Part shown: positions 1 through 12,400 of the stretch, piece after piece | Layout: every line of letters starts with the position of its first letter | Numbering within the stretch: the first letter of the stretch is position 1 | Source: Macrostomum lignano | Lineage: Eukaryota | Assembly: GCA_002269645.1 (NCBI GenBank) | Contig: NIVC01002549.1 | Location: 1-60,037 of the forward strand | Length of the DNA stretch: 60,037 bases | Reading direction: 5' to 3' | Made by a program: the position numbers and the translations under genes | The notes under the pieces: model-generated | What the model was told of the DNA's origin: nothing | Databases searched by the model: none | Seen by the model: only the letters and a program-made list of their open reading frames with translations

Positions 1-567
1 ACTGTCATTAATCGTCAGATTAACGACTGGGCGGACATCCTGCACTTGCGCAGATGGGATGGTATCTCCAACTGCCGCAATCTCGTGCGGCAGTGCCCAA
101 TCCGTCCCGCTCAAGCTGCGGAGAATCCTTTTGAACCAAAATCGAAAAGATATCCGCGCTCTCACTATGACCTTCACAGGTCACGGTTGCTTTGCCAGGC
201 ACTGTCCTCCGAAGTGCCGCCGGAGCGAACTCTGCCCTTTCTGCAACCTCGAGAACGAAGACGCCAAGCACTTCGTCTGCTACTGCCCGGCCTTCAACCG
301 AGACCGGCTCAACCACCTCGGGCCCAACCCGTCCCTGGACGACGTTTGCCGGCCCGAGAACATCCCACGGCTCATCCGGTTCCTCCGGGCCACCAAGCGA
401 GCCTCTGTCTTCCCCACCAGAAGACAACGCTGCAGACAGGACCGGCAGACCTCCCTGACCGGCCCCGCGCCCTAGCCTATGCGGGTCTTTCAGGGATTAG
501 CGGAATGGCGACGCTCGCCTCCCCGCTGCGTCTTCGGACCGCCCTGCAGCTAAGTCAAGTAAGTCAA
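1..567 (+). mobile_element. 3' end of a non-LTR retrotransposon (LOA/I-group LINE): C-terminal ORF2 fragment, 3' UTR and short TAAGTCAAG tail
   Basis: Frame 1 reads WDGISNCRNLVR, then frame 2 (59-475) reads LLNQNRKDIRALTMTFTGHGCFARH...CPFCNLENEDAKHFVCYCPAFNRDRLNHLG. This fits the TGH...CxxC...H..C.CP zinc-binding C-terminus I recall for RNase H-bearing LINEs. There is a frameshift near 90-110, a stop at 473-475 and a tail taagtcaagtaagtcaa at 551-567. Clade assignment is from motif recall only. Confidence 0.75.
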
Positions 568-693
568 AGGGGGAGGGAGATGGGGCGCATGATGGGCAGG
601 AATCAGAGCTTTTCGCACCGCCCTGCAGCTAAGTCAAGTAAGTCAAAGGGGGAGGGAGATGGGGCGCATGAGGGCAGGAATCAGAGTTTTCGC
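538..693 (+). repeat. Two-copy tandem duplication (79-bp unit) spanning the LINE 3' junction
   Basis: accgccctgcagctaagtcaagtaagtcaaagggggagggagatggggcgcatga(t)gggcaggaatcagag(c)ttttcgc occurs at 538-616 and 617-693. Confidence 0.9.
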
Positions 694-805
694 AGACGGA
701 AATCTTCATTATGAAGTTTTATTAAGCTTTGAATGCCAACCCAGTTTAGTTTATATAATGTTCGAAAGAATGTTTGATGTTTTTAAGAAGCTCATTTTTT
801 ATCTC

Positions 806-2190
806 AATTCCCTATCCCTGATTCCTCATGTGGAATCCGAACCCACGATTCTTAATTCCCCATCCCTGCTTCCTCATGTGGAATCCGAATCCCCGATTCT
901 TAATTCCCCATCCCTGATTCCTCATGTGGAATCCGAACCACGATTCTTAATTCCCCATCCCTGATTCCTCATGTGGAATCCGAACCCACGATTCTTAATT
1001 CCCTTTCCCAGATAGGGCATATGGCACCTTTCGCGAGAAGCTTAAAAGACTGGGTCGGCGATCATAATTCATACGGCAGAGAGGAGCTTATGGCACCTTC
1101 TTCTAAATGTTTGAAAGACTGCCAGCTATCAGAGAACCGAGAGAAGCTCATTTTTCAATCCGAATCCCCGATTCTTAATTCCCTATCCCTGATTCCTCAT
1201 GTGGAATCCGAATACCGATTCTTAATTCCCTATCCCTGATTCCTCATGTTGGAATCCGAATCCACGATTCTTAATTCCCTAACTCTGATTCCTCATGTGA
1301 AATCCGAATCCACGATTCTTAATTCCCTATCCTTGATTCCTCATGTGGAATCCGAACCCACGATTCTTAATTCCCCATCCCTGCTTCCTCATGTGGAATC
1401 CGAATCCCCGATTCTTAATTCCCCATCCCTGATTCCTCATGTGGAATCCGAACCCACGATTCTTAATTCCCCATCCCTGATTCCTCATGTGAAATCCGAA
1501 TCCACGATTCTTAATTCCCTAACTCTGATTCCTCATGTGGAATCCGAACCCACGATTCTTAATTCCTATCCCTGATTCCTCATGTGAAATCCGAACCCCC
1601 GATTCTTAATTCCCCATCCCTGATTCCTCATGTGGAATCCGAACCCACGATTCTTAATTCCCTTTCCCAGATAGGGCATATGGCACCTTTCGCGAGAAGC
1701 TTAAAAGACTGGGTCGGCGATCATAATTCATACGGCAGAGAGGAGCTTATGGCACCTTCTTCTAAATGTTTGAAAGACTGCCAGCTATCAGAGAACCGAG
1801 AGAAGCTCATTTTTCAATCCGAATCCCCGATTCTTAATTCCCTATCCCTGATTCCTCATGTGGAATCCGAATACCCGATTCTTAATTCCCTATCCCTGAT
1901 TCCTCATGTTGGAATCCGAATCCACGATTCTTAATTCCCTAACTCTGATTCCTCATGTGAAATCCGAATCCACGATTCTTAATTCCCTATCCCTGATTCC
2001 TCATGTTGGAATCCGAATCCACGATTCTTAATTCCCTAACTCTGATTCCTCATGTGAAATCCGAATCCACGATTCTTAATTCCCTAACTCTGATTCCTCA
2101 TGTGGAATCCGAATCCCCGATTCTTAATTCCCTATCCCTGATTCCTCATGTTGGAATCCGAATCCACGATTCCTAATTCCTTATCCCTGA
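806..2190. repeat. 48-bp minisatellite/satellite with a ~659-bp higher-order repeat
   Basis: The unit is ctgattcctcatgtggaatccgaacccacgattcttaattccccatcc, seen as 16-aa repeats in the ORF track. A ~150-bp non-unit segment recurs at ~1003-1155 and ~1662-1815. Confidence 0.95.
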
Positions 2191-2448
2191 TAAGACGCAC
2201 TTGCTTATATCCCTCAGAGGGGTTGGTGAGGGGAAGCCTCTGACGACGAGTTGCTTTAGCTACGAGTATACATGTACAATTTGTAAATATACATGTAGTC
2301 TTCGCATAATTTATATGCCACCTTTTTTCGAAATGTTTGAAAGCCTTTAATCGGTTTTCGGTAGAAGAAAATAACAAGTCAAACAATAAATTCAAGCCAG
2401 ACTTGTCCACAAACTTGTCTGCAAAATTCAGCAAAGAGCCTTGGGACT

Positions 2449-4260
2449 GCGCCTGCATGTGTATTCTAGTATCAAAACAAAACTAATAAAAGCGAAAAAT
2501 AGAAGCGTCATGTAAAAATAAAAGAAGCGTCATGTAAAAATCTTAAAAGCGTCATGTAAAAAATCTTACAAACGTCATGTAAAAAATCATAAAAGCGTCA
2601 TGTAAAAATCATAGAAGCGTCATGTAAAAATCATAGAAGCGTCGTGTAAAATTGAAAGAAGCGTCATGTAAAGATCATAGAAGCATCATGTAAAGATCAT
2701 AGCAGCGTTATGTAACAAGTAAAAAAGCGTCATGAAAAAAGAAAAGATGCGTCGTCATGTAAAAAATCACAGAAGCTTCATGTAAAAATGATGAAAAGCG
2801 TCAGGTAAAAATCATAGCAACGTCAGGTAAAAATCATAGCAACGTCAGGTAAAAATCATAGCAACGTCAGGTAAAAATCATAGAAGCGTCATGTAAAGAT
2901 CATAGCAGCGTTATGTAACAAGTAAAAGAAGCGTCATGTCAGACTATAAGAAGCGTCATGTCAGACTATAAGAAGCGTCATGTCAGACTATAAGAAGCGT
3001 CATGTCAGACTATAAGAAGCGTCATGTCAGACTATAAGAAGCGTCATGTCAGACTATAAGAAGCGTCATGTCAGACTATAAGAAGCGTCATGTCAGACTA
3101 TAAGAAGCGTCATGTCAGACTATAAGAAGCGTCATGTCAGACTATAAGAAGCGTCATGTCAGACTATAAGAAGCGTCATGTCAGACTATAAGAAGCGTCA
3201 TGTCAGACTATAAGAAGCGTCATGTCAGACTATAAGAAGCGTCATGTCAGACTATAAGAAGCGTCATGTCAGACTATAAGAAGCGTCATGTCAGACTATA
3301 AGAAGCGTCATGTCAGACTATAAGAAGCGTCATGTCAGACTATAAGAAGCGTCATGTCAGACTATAAGAAGCGTCATGTCAGACTATAAGAAGCGTCATG
3401 TAAAAATCAATAAGCGTCATGTAAAAAGAAGCGTCATGTCAAAAAGGAGCGTCATTTCAAAACTTAAAAAGCGTCATGTAAAATGACAAAAACTTCATAT
3501 TGAAAATAAAACAAGCCTCCCGTAAACTCTGCTGACTCTTTGGACGAATTACTGAGATTTTAAGGTTTACGGGGGATTTTTGAGATGTCAAGCCTTTTTG
3601 CTTTTTCAAGTCTTGTAAAAAATAATAATATGATGCTTTTTATTATATAAAAATAATAAAAAATAATACATGACGCTTCTTTTTACATGACGCTTATTGA
3701 TTTTTGCATGACGCTTATTGATTTTTACATGACGCTTTTTCATTTTTACATAAAGCTTATTTTCTTTTTTACATGACGCTTATAAATTGTCTGACATGAC
3801 GCTTCTTATAGTCTGACATGACGCTTCTTATAGTCTGACATGACGCTTCTTATAGTCTGACATGACGCTTCTTTTACTTGTTATATAACGCTGCTATGAT
3901 CTTTACATGACGCTTCTATGATTTTTACCTGACGTTGCTATGATTTTTACCTGACGCTTTTATCATTTTTACATGAAGCTTCTATGGTTTTTACATGACG
4001 ACGCATCTTTTCTTTTTTCATGACGCTTTTTTACTTGTTACATAACGCTGCTATGATCTTTACATGATGCTTCTATGATCTTTTCATGACGCTTCTTTCA
4101 TTTTTACATGACGCTTTTATGATTTTTTACATGAAGCTTGTAAGATTTTTTACATGACGCTTTTAAGATTTTTACATGACGCTTCTTTTATTTTTACATG
4201 ACGCTTCTATTTTTCGCTTTTATTAGTTTTGTTTTGATATTAGAATACACATGCAGGCGC
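2449..4260. mobile_element. Foldback-type element: long inverted arms built of GCGTCATG-containing repeats, non-coding
   Basis: 2449-2518 (gcgcctgcatgtgtattctagtatcaaaacaaaactaataaaagcgaaaaatagaagcgtcatg) is the reverse complement of 4191-4260 with one mismatch. The arms run ~2449-3500 and ~3660-4260 around a short central spacer. No TSD was found. Confidence 0.75.
2927..3401 (+). repeat. 22-bp perfect tandem repeat (agaagcgtcatgtcagactata) x21 in the left foldback arm
   Basis: Read directly from the sequence. About 4 inverted copies lie in the right arm at 3789-3872. Confidence 0.95.
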
Positions 4261-4465
4261 CAGTGCATCCAGTTTCCATTGGCTCAGGCCCAGCCGCCTC
4301 CCCAGCCGTCGCGGAGGCGGATACGGCGCCCACGGCAGGTGAGTCACCTAGCCGCGCTACACCGCCCTCCCCTCCCCCAGCGACTGGGGTACGGCTGCTG
4401 CCTTCGCCTTGCGCCCCGCCGTCGGGAGTCTGAGCTCGGCCGGCAGCGTCCTCCTGGTGGTAATC

Positions 4466-5613
4466 CTACCAGTTGGAAGGCTGAGCCATGCCGTCGTCCA
4501 GTTCCCTCGGCTGGCATTCGGTATTTTTGCGAGCAGCGCGAGTCTGCTCGAGGTGAAGTCTCAGAGACTGAGCTTCGTCAAGTGCGCGCTGGATTAGCCC
4601 GGACCGCCGGTTACTGCGGGCGGGTCTACGTCCGCGCGAGGCGGACTCAGCAGCGCGAATAGCCTTGTTAGGCTCGGGATCGGGTTGCTGCTGCCGCTTG
4701 GCCGGCGGAGCCTGAGCCCCAGCTCCGGGAGCGGCGCGCTTCCCGTCGTTCTTGGTCTCCACCTTGCCCTCCTCACAGCGGAGGATGGTCAGTTGATGGA
4801 GACCAAGGTGGAGGTTTGTGCCGTGCGGTAGCCGCTTGGCCCATCCCTCCGTCAGGCCGAGGATGACGGTGGCCCCGGTCGTGCCCTTGCGAACCGTGCT
4901 GTGGTACACAAGACCACTGGCGTCGAGATCCGGGTGCCGCTTGAGCAGGAGCTGCCGCAGCTGCTCCCCGGACTTGATTGCACTGTCGGCCGAGACCCAA
5001 ATCCGATGGCGGATGGTCTTCGGCCGCTCGCTCACCAGGGCGAAGGTCAGCTGGCCCAGGTCGCTGTGCCAGTCGAACTTGGGCAGCTGATCCCGCAGGA
5101 GCTGGGTGCTCTCCTCGGATTTGCACCACAGTAGGATGCACCCGTTCGCCTTGGTGGACTTGACGATGTCCACGAAGACGCCCTCCAGGGTTAGGTTGAG
5201 CAAGCCCTCGTCGATGGTGCGCCACGCGACGTCGAGCTGCTCGGGCGTCAGGTCAAAATCCCCGCCGAGGATCATCACGGCGGGTTGCAGCGGCTGCTTG
5301 ACCTTGGAGGCGTAGGACTCGGAGGTCTTGAGCGGGGCCGCTTTGTCCTTGAAAGGCGGTAGGCCGGCAGGGTTGCCCCCTGAGAGTCCGAGGACACGGC
5401 GGTTCCTGACGGCCCAGCCGCGCTACCGGACTCCCCAGAGGGCCTCCCCGCTGCGGTGGCTCCCGAAGGCCTCACCGCGGCTTGCCCGCCCTCCGCGGAC
5501 GCAACAGCAGCCCGCTTCTCCTGCCGCTTACGATTGCGGCGGATATACTTCTGTAGGTTGGGTGACGAAAGATTAGAAGAGTGACACACTGTAAAGGAGA
5601 GGACATAGGACAA
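4466..5613 (-). pseudogene. ORF1 (gag-like, DUF4780-type) of a LOA/R1-like LINE; frameshifted and lacking downstream ORF2
   Basis: A basic N-terminal piece (KYIRRNRKRQEKR, 5275-5613) joins by a -1 shift to SYASKVKQPLQPAVMILGG...GCILLWCKSEESTQLLRDQLPKFDW...RHRIWVS...QLLLKRHPDLDASGL...VILGL...LHLGLHQL (4466-5278). This resembles my recollection of DUF4780 LINE ORF1s. The GC-rich block ends abruptly at the foldback arm (4260). Confidence 0.55.
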
Positions 5614-6009
5614 TAGGTAGAGATACAGAGAGGAGGTAGGACGAGAGTAGCATGACTGAATGACCTGGATTAAGGTGATAAAAAGCGATAAAAGCGATAT
5701 GGGCGATTCTAATTGGCATCATAACTCATCGCTAACAGTGCATTAAGTGAGTAAAAGATTAAGACAAAGACATTACACAATTAAATCGTAAAAGTAAACC
5801 ATAACTCAGTCATAATAACAAGGTAGTAGATATTCAGTATATCCTGAGTCGCATAAATTGAAAAAAATCAACTCTCAGCAAATAGTCATCTCTAAAAATA
5901 ATCAATAACAAAGTAATCAACAATCAATAACAAGTCAAAAAATGACACTTTTGATTTTTATAGTGCCAATTGAATGTAAATCAGTGCTGATCCCTGAAGC
6001 CATGCCTAA

Positions 6010-6216
6010 AAAGCCCAAACCAGCGCCGAAAAGCTCGAATTGGCGCCGAAAGCCAAATTTGGCGCCAGGATCCCCAAATCAGCGCCAGGATCCCTAAATC
6101 AGCGCCGGAACGCTGAAATCAGCGCCAATAGGCCCAAACCAGCGCTGGAAAGCTAAAATTGACGCGGGAAAGCTAAAATGGCGCGGGAAAGCTAAAATTG
6201 ACGCTGGAAAGCTCGA
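6010..6216. repeat. Degenerate ~20-bp tandem repeat (GGCGCC/CAGCGC core)
   Basis: About 10 units such as aaagcccaaaccagcgccga, atccccaaatcagcgccagg and aaagctaaaattgacgcggg. Confidence 0.8.
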
Positions 6217-6930
<714 letters not shown>

Positions 6931-7122
6931 TAGTAGTCTGATTTTCGTTCGGCATGGCTGGTTCCAGTAGGTAGTTCCTCTGGATAAAAGCGCTTACCGC
7001 GCCCATTGGCTTTCCAGCTGCCTTAATCGTTTCCGGTGATCTTGTGTGCGTGCTTTCAGCGTGATTGGCTGCGGCAAGCAAGCTCGAAAGAGCTCGCTTC
7101 GCTCGCTCTTTCTCGCTATCTA

Positions 7123-7175
<53 letters not shown>

Positions 7176-9458
7176 CAACCAGACACTTTAGTACCCTATA
7201 TGCTCGTAGGGTCGCGCGATTGCATTGGTAAACTTAGAGAGAATTTCACTACTGTCTCTCATTCACCTGGGCTCATGCCCAGCCCAGTCAGAGTTGTTCA
7301 ACTTGAGTTCGGCGCTATTCTGCCCTCTTTAATTTTCTTTTCGAGGCTAATTGTGCACTGCTTAGGTAAAGGGGGGAGTTCTATTGTCCGATTTAAGGGA
7401 CAATAGATCTAGGGTTAGCTTGATTGGTAGGATTCGGCGCCTTATGCAGCTTGTCGAGTCTTTTTCTGTAGCTGCATAAATTCTTTAGTAATTGCTACTC
7501 GTCGGGAGAGCAGGAATTTCAGGTTTGACTAGAAGAAGAAAAGTTATTCCTTCACCCAGTTCGTTTATTCAAGTCACAGCGACTCTTTTCCGAAGGGCTG
7601 ACTGCACCAGACGGCCCTGCGCCAAACTCCGAGATGCCACTCGCAGATCGATCTGCACTGCTTGGTAGGCAATTTCTATTTTTGACTACTTATTGTCAGT
7701 AAAGCTTGTTGCTGGAGGCACTGTTATTCTGTGCATAGAATTTTTATCGGTAAGGATCGCTAAATTATTTAAAGGCCCAGTCTCACGGGTTGCAGACAAT
7801 TAGTGCCAAGAATTTACGTCTGGGTCAGTTGCTTCACTCAAGGACAAGGAACGCGGTCCGAACATTGAGAACTTCCTGCTTCTCGTTGTCCTCACCTGCT
7901 AAGGGCAGAGCAAACTCCCACCGAATTTGTTTTAGTGTAATTACATAATTTTTACTCACGCTATTTACCCATACGAGCGTATTTAGCAAGTACTCGTATT
8001 TATTGTTGTAGGTGCTGTTAAATGTGCCAGCATTTAACGGTTCTGTTTCAACTACTTCTGTCGTTAGCATTCGTGGCCCTCCAAAACAAGCTGCTAGTTT
8101 AAGAACATAAGTCAGAAGATTTGACACTTGAAAGATGGAAGCAGTGAGAAAACAGGACAGATGCAGATTTTTCAAAGCAACTTCCAATATACTAAAAATG
8201 AGTTGTCTGTCGGTAGGTATATAAGCGATAGATTTCAGAAAAATTTCCATATACTAAAAACGGTTCGTTGGTATATGTGTGTCCACTGAACGCGGCAGAT
8301 GCTTCTCTATGACATATGCATGCAGCACATTAAAACGTGGCAGTTTGGTCTCCAATGGAAAAGATCACAATGGCAGTTTTTTTCTTTCTGCCTCAGCGCA
8401 GGGCTACGGTGCAACCCGTAACCCCTGCCTTGCAAGCTGACGATGAGAAGTTGAGAAAGTTGTAGCTCGTAGAAATTTCTAAGAAATTTTATCATTGCAG
8501 AAAACTTGCGTTTTTGTAAAAAAAACCGGCAAAGCATCCACCCTGCAAGCCATATAAAGTTCGCATTGTCTTAGAAAAAATCCGTGGGCGTAGAAGCTTT
8601 TGGAAGATTCGAAGAAACGCACGCCGACGACCCACATTCAGTGCGCTTTATAAAAAACACTGGATTTTAGCAACTTGAGATGCAGAAAATGTCTAAAAAG
8701 CGAAGAGCGGCGGATAAGTTCTCTATTCATTCGCATCTTTAATGGCACCCAACAGGAGCGCGGGGTGTTGCGTACCAGCCGGCATGGCGCCAGTCGGGCA
8801 ACCCCCAACATTCCTGTCCCTGCACTCAATAAACTCGACGAAATGCTTTTTAAGCTAGCGAACTCGCCGCCCTCACAAGCAGGTCGGTATATGGAGTTCT
8901 ACCATGGATTTCTGGAAATAGAATATGGAATTTGGATATCATTCCAGATGCGAATAGTGAAACTTAATAAACTCTACCTACTAAACATTTGACGCAGATG
9001 TTCCTTCAGTTCATCAGACAGCCTACTAACTAGTAGCAAGCAAAAAATGTGGGGCGAATAGAAAAGTGTACACACGAAGTTTGCGAGCTGATAAGTTATC
9101 GAATTTCGAACCGCTATATTCCCGTGTTGGGCGCTTGCTTTTTGCTTTGTGGTTAATATTGAAAGAGAATATTAACGACTTCAAGAGTAGTCCCGTGTAC
9201 CCCCCCATTCTTGCGCAATATACGAAGTTTGTATTGGGACTGCGGTGCAGTCAAGCGTCAATTAGTGCTGACACACCTCGAAGTTTGGACTTTACTCGTC
9301 TGGTTGAAAGTCCCCTTATGCTTGATGGCATCGTTTAAAAACATTTAATAGCAATACAGAAGTCGAGTTGAAAAGCTAAGAGTACAGTACATGTAATAAA
9401 ATAAAAATTGAGCGTAAAGATATTGATTTATGAAATGCAGTCATTCCACAAGAACTAG

Positions 9459-9464
9459 TTTCAG
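9459..9464 (+). promoter_or_regulatory. Candidate (trans-)splice acceptor TTTCAG opening the signal-peptide exon
   Basis: The acceptor is phase 0 to the signal-peptide frame, directly follows an in-frame TAG (9456-9458), and there is no in-frame ATG before the hydrophobic core. Confidence 0.4.
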
Positions 9465-12400
9465 TACCCACTAAATCGTGCATCCTATGACTTTATAACT
9501 CCATTCTCAGCAGGAATATTCGCCGCGGCAGCCCTTCTAGCTGTCCTGACATTGCCGGTTGCCGGCTTCACAACGACAGCGGATCCCTTCTGCTCGTGCG
9601 TGCCGCTCACCACCAAGTACTTCTTCACCACCCCAACTCCAACCACTCCCACCACCACGGTCACTACAACGACGCCCACGACAACTTCAACTACGACGCC
9701 AACTACAACTACAACAACACGGCTGCCGACAACCACACCAGGTGAGTGCGGCACCGCTGATCATTCATGATCATTATTGTTGTATATTCTTGCAACTAAA
9801 TAAATTTTTATTACGAGTAATTTAGCGATTCGAAAAAAGCCCTGAAAAGTTTGCGTCAACGGTGTAGGAGGTACCTGTAGGAGCCGTGACGGGTGTCAAC
9901 TGAAGCATTCGAATGGAGCCCTATAAGTAAAGGTCTGGACAAAAAAAATCCATTACTTGATAGACTTTTTATCCCCTGGTAGCCCATGAGAGACCTGCAT
10001 AGGATGTCTCGACGTCTCTAATCTCCCGTTCTGACAAGTTATCGATCTCCTAAATCTCAAATTTTAAGGTTTAGATGCAGAAGGTTTTCATACTAATAGG
10101 CTAAAAATTCTAATTTAAAAAAATCTTCAGTCTGCGACTACGTGAACGGTCTGTCGCAGAAGTCTTACATCCCGGACAAATCCATCTCTGGTGGACGGCC
10201 GGGAGTCACCGGCAGCTTTCTTATTAATTTCAACGATCAGATGGAGTTTGACTTCATTGTCGATGGCTGTCGAACTACTGAAATTTTTGTGAACACTCTG
10301 TGCATGACTGGAAACGTGATGCGAGCAGTAGTGCAGTACATGCCGACCACCAGTAGCCGCTACGTCCCATTTGAGCCGTCCAGCTCCCTGTTTTCTGATG
10401 TCACTGGCGCCAGGCTGTGCTATGAGCTGAATACGAGGATGGCTCGGCTTGCCTTTTATCCAGTCGCACTGAAGTCCGGGCCCTGTCGGCCACCAACTAC
10501 CAGGTATTCCTCACCATCGACGGCTGCTTCACACCGGTTAATGACAGCTGCCAAACTACCTCCACAAGCACTACAACTTCTACTACCACTACCAGCACTA
10601 CTACGACCCCGACGACTACATCTACTACTACTACAACGACGCCGACAACACCCACTACAACTCCGACGACATCCACCACAACCACCAGCACAACACCGAC
10701 AACCACCACAACAACGACGCCTACCACTACGACTTGTAAGTTCAGTGTTAGTAAATCAGTTATCAAAAGTTAATGATTTATAACTGATACAGATATTAAT
10801 TTTAAGACATAACTTTCATTAGAACTCTTTTAGTCCCGGCCCCTTAAGAAAATAGCGCATCTCAATGCCTCTTTTCAACTACAGATTGCCCCAGTGTCGA
10901 TGGTATGCTGTACCCTTCGATGATCCCCGCTATCGACATTGCGACAGTCGGTAACAGCACTCGTCAAGTCTCAGGAGCGTTTACACTTCAGCCTAGAACG
11001 TCTGTCATTGTCGATATCTCGTCGAGAGGCTGTCGTCCCGCAACTCGGGTTCTAAGAGTAAGAAAAAGCAGCATTTCTGCCAACTGACACAATCATTGAC
11101 TATAATATCACACTAATCTAAATTTTAGGTTTGCATAGCTGGAAACGTTGCTCAAGCATTTGTTCTGGTGCGATTCAACACAGACGTGATTCCCTACCTG
11201 ATCCCTGACTCGGCTACGCTCACTGCAAAGGAGGAGAAATTCTGTGCATTGATGTAAACAGAGATGTCATCAGTGTTCAGGTAGAACCGCAGCTATTCAA
11301 GACGACAGCAAGTTCCTACTACTTCTTCTTATCGATCTATGGCTGCTTCAGCAACTTAAACTCGTCCTGTCTGACAACACCGACTGCCATTACTAGCAGC
11401 ACTACCAGCACATCAAGCACAACCAGCAGCACCAGCACTACTTCGACCACGACAACATCCACTTCTACGACGACGACACCGACAACGCCAACAACAACTC
11501 GGACAACCTCAACCACAACCAGCACAACACCGACAACCACCACTGTAACGACACCTACCACTACGACTTGTAAGAATTGCTGCACTAATATTTTCAATAT
11601 CAGTAAAAAATTAATCCTCACTTATTGCATGACTAAGCTGCATACAATATGCTCGAAAGAGAGCAGAAACGTCTAAAAATGAAAACTTTTAACAAATTTC
11701 GCTATATGAAAGTTTATCTTATTTTAGCTTTTCATTGACTTTTATGTTTTTGGCACATAACCATTTTAGACTGCCGCATTGTGAACGGCATGTCGGACTA
11801 CTCCTATATTCCGCTCACCGCCGTGAATCACGCGACGAATGATCCGCTTCGCGGCTGGCTGGTTCACCAAAATGACGTCATGCAAATTGACCTGGTACTT
11901 GGATCTTGTCGTGCCCCGATTCGAATCGAAACAGTGAGTTTGATATTTTACAAGCGATTCAACAAATTCGAATTCTCACGACTTTGGTTTAAAAATGATA
12001 TTTATTTAAGAAATTTCTTCACCTAACAATAACTCGTTTCAGATCTGTATCAGTGGCACTGTAAAACGGGCCAACATTTTGTACGGGGAAACATTCGATA
12101 AACCGTTCGTTCCCGTGCCGAGATCAGCATCCGTATCGAGCGATGTTGGAGATCTGTGCTACGACATTAAACTAGTTGCGGCCAAGATTGGAATTTTTCC
12201 ATTGGAGTTCAAGTCGTCGGCACCGAACAAAACCCAGTACCAGTTCTACCTCACGATCAACGCGTGCTTCTTGCCGCTTTCCGCAGTGTGTCTGACAACG
12301 CCAACAACAACTACAAGCACTACCACTACCCCAACAACACCAACGTCTACTAAAACCACATCCACCACATCAACGACTCCAACTACAACCAGCACGACAG

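Noticed and set aside
806-2190. Palindrome-containing regular repeats resembling a CRISPR array; ORFs of repeated PTILNSPSLIPHVESE
   Set aside because: There are no unique spacers, the units are contiguous and the context is eukaryotic. The ORFs arise because a 48-bp unit lacks stops in one frame.
7150-8990. Possible decayed transposase (KDZ-like fragments VLHAY and GLGMSPGE on the minus strand) and ORFs 7834-8250 and 8675-8992
   Set aside because: The motifs are short, interrupted by stops and ~1 kb apart instead of adjacent. This cannot be supported without a profile search.
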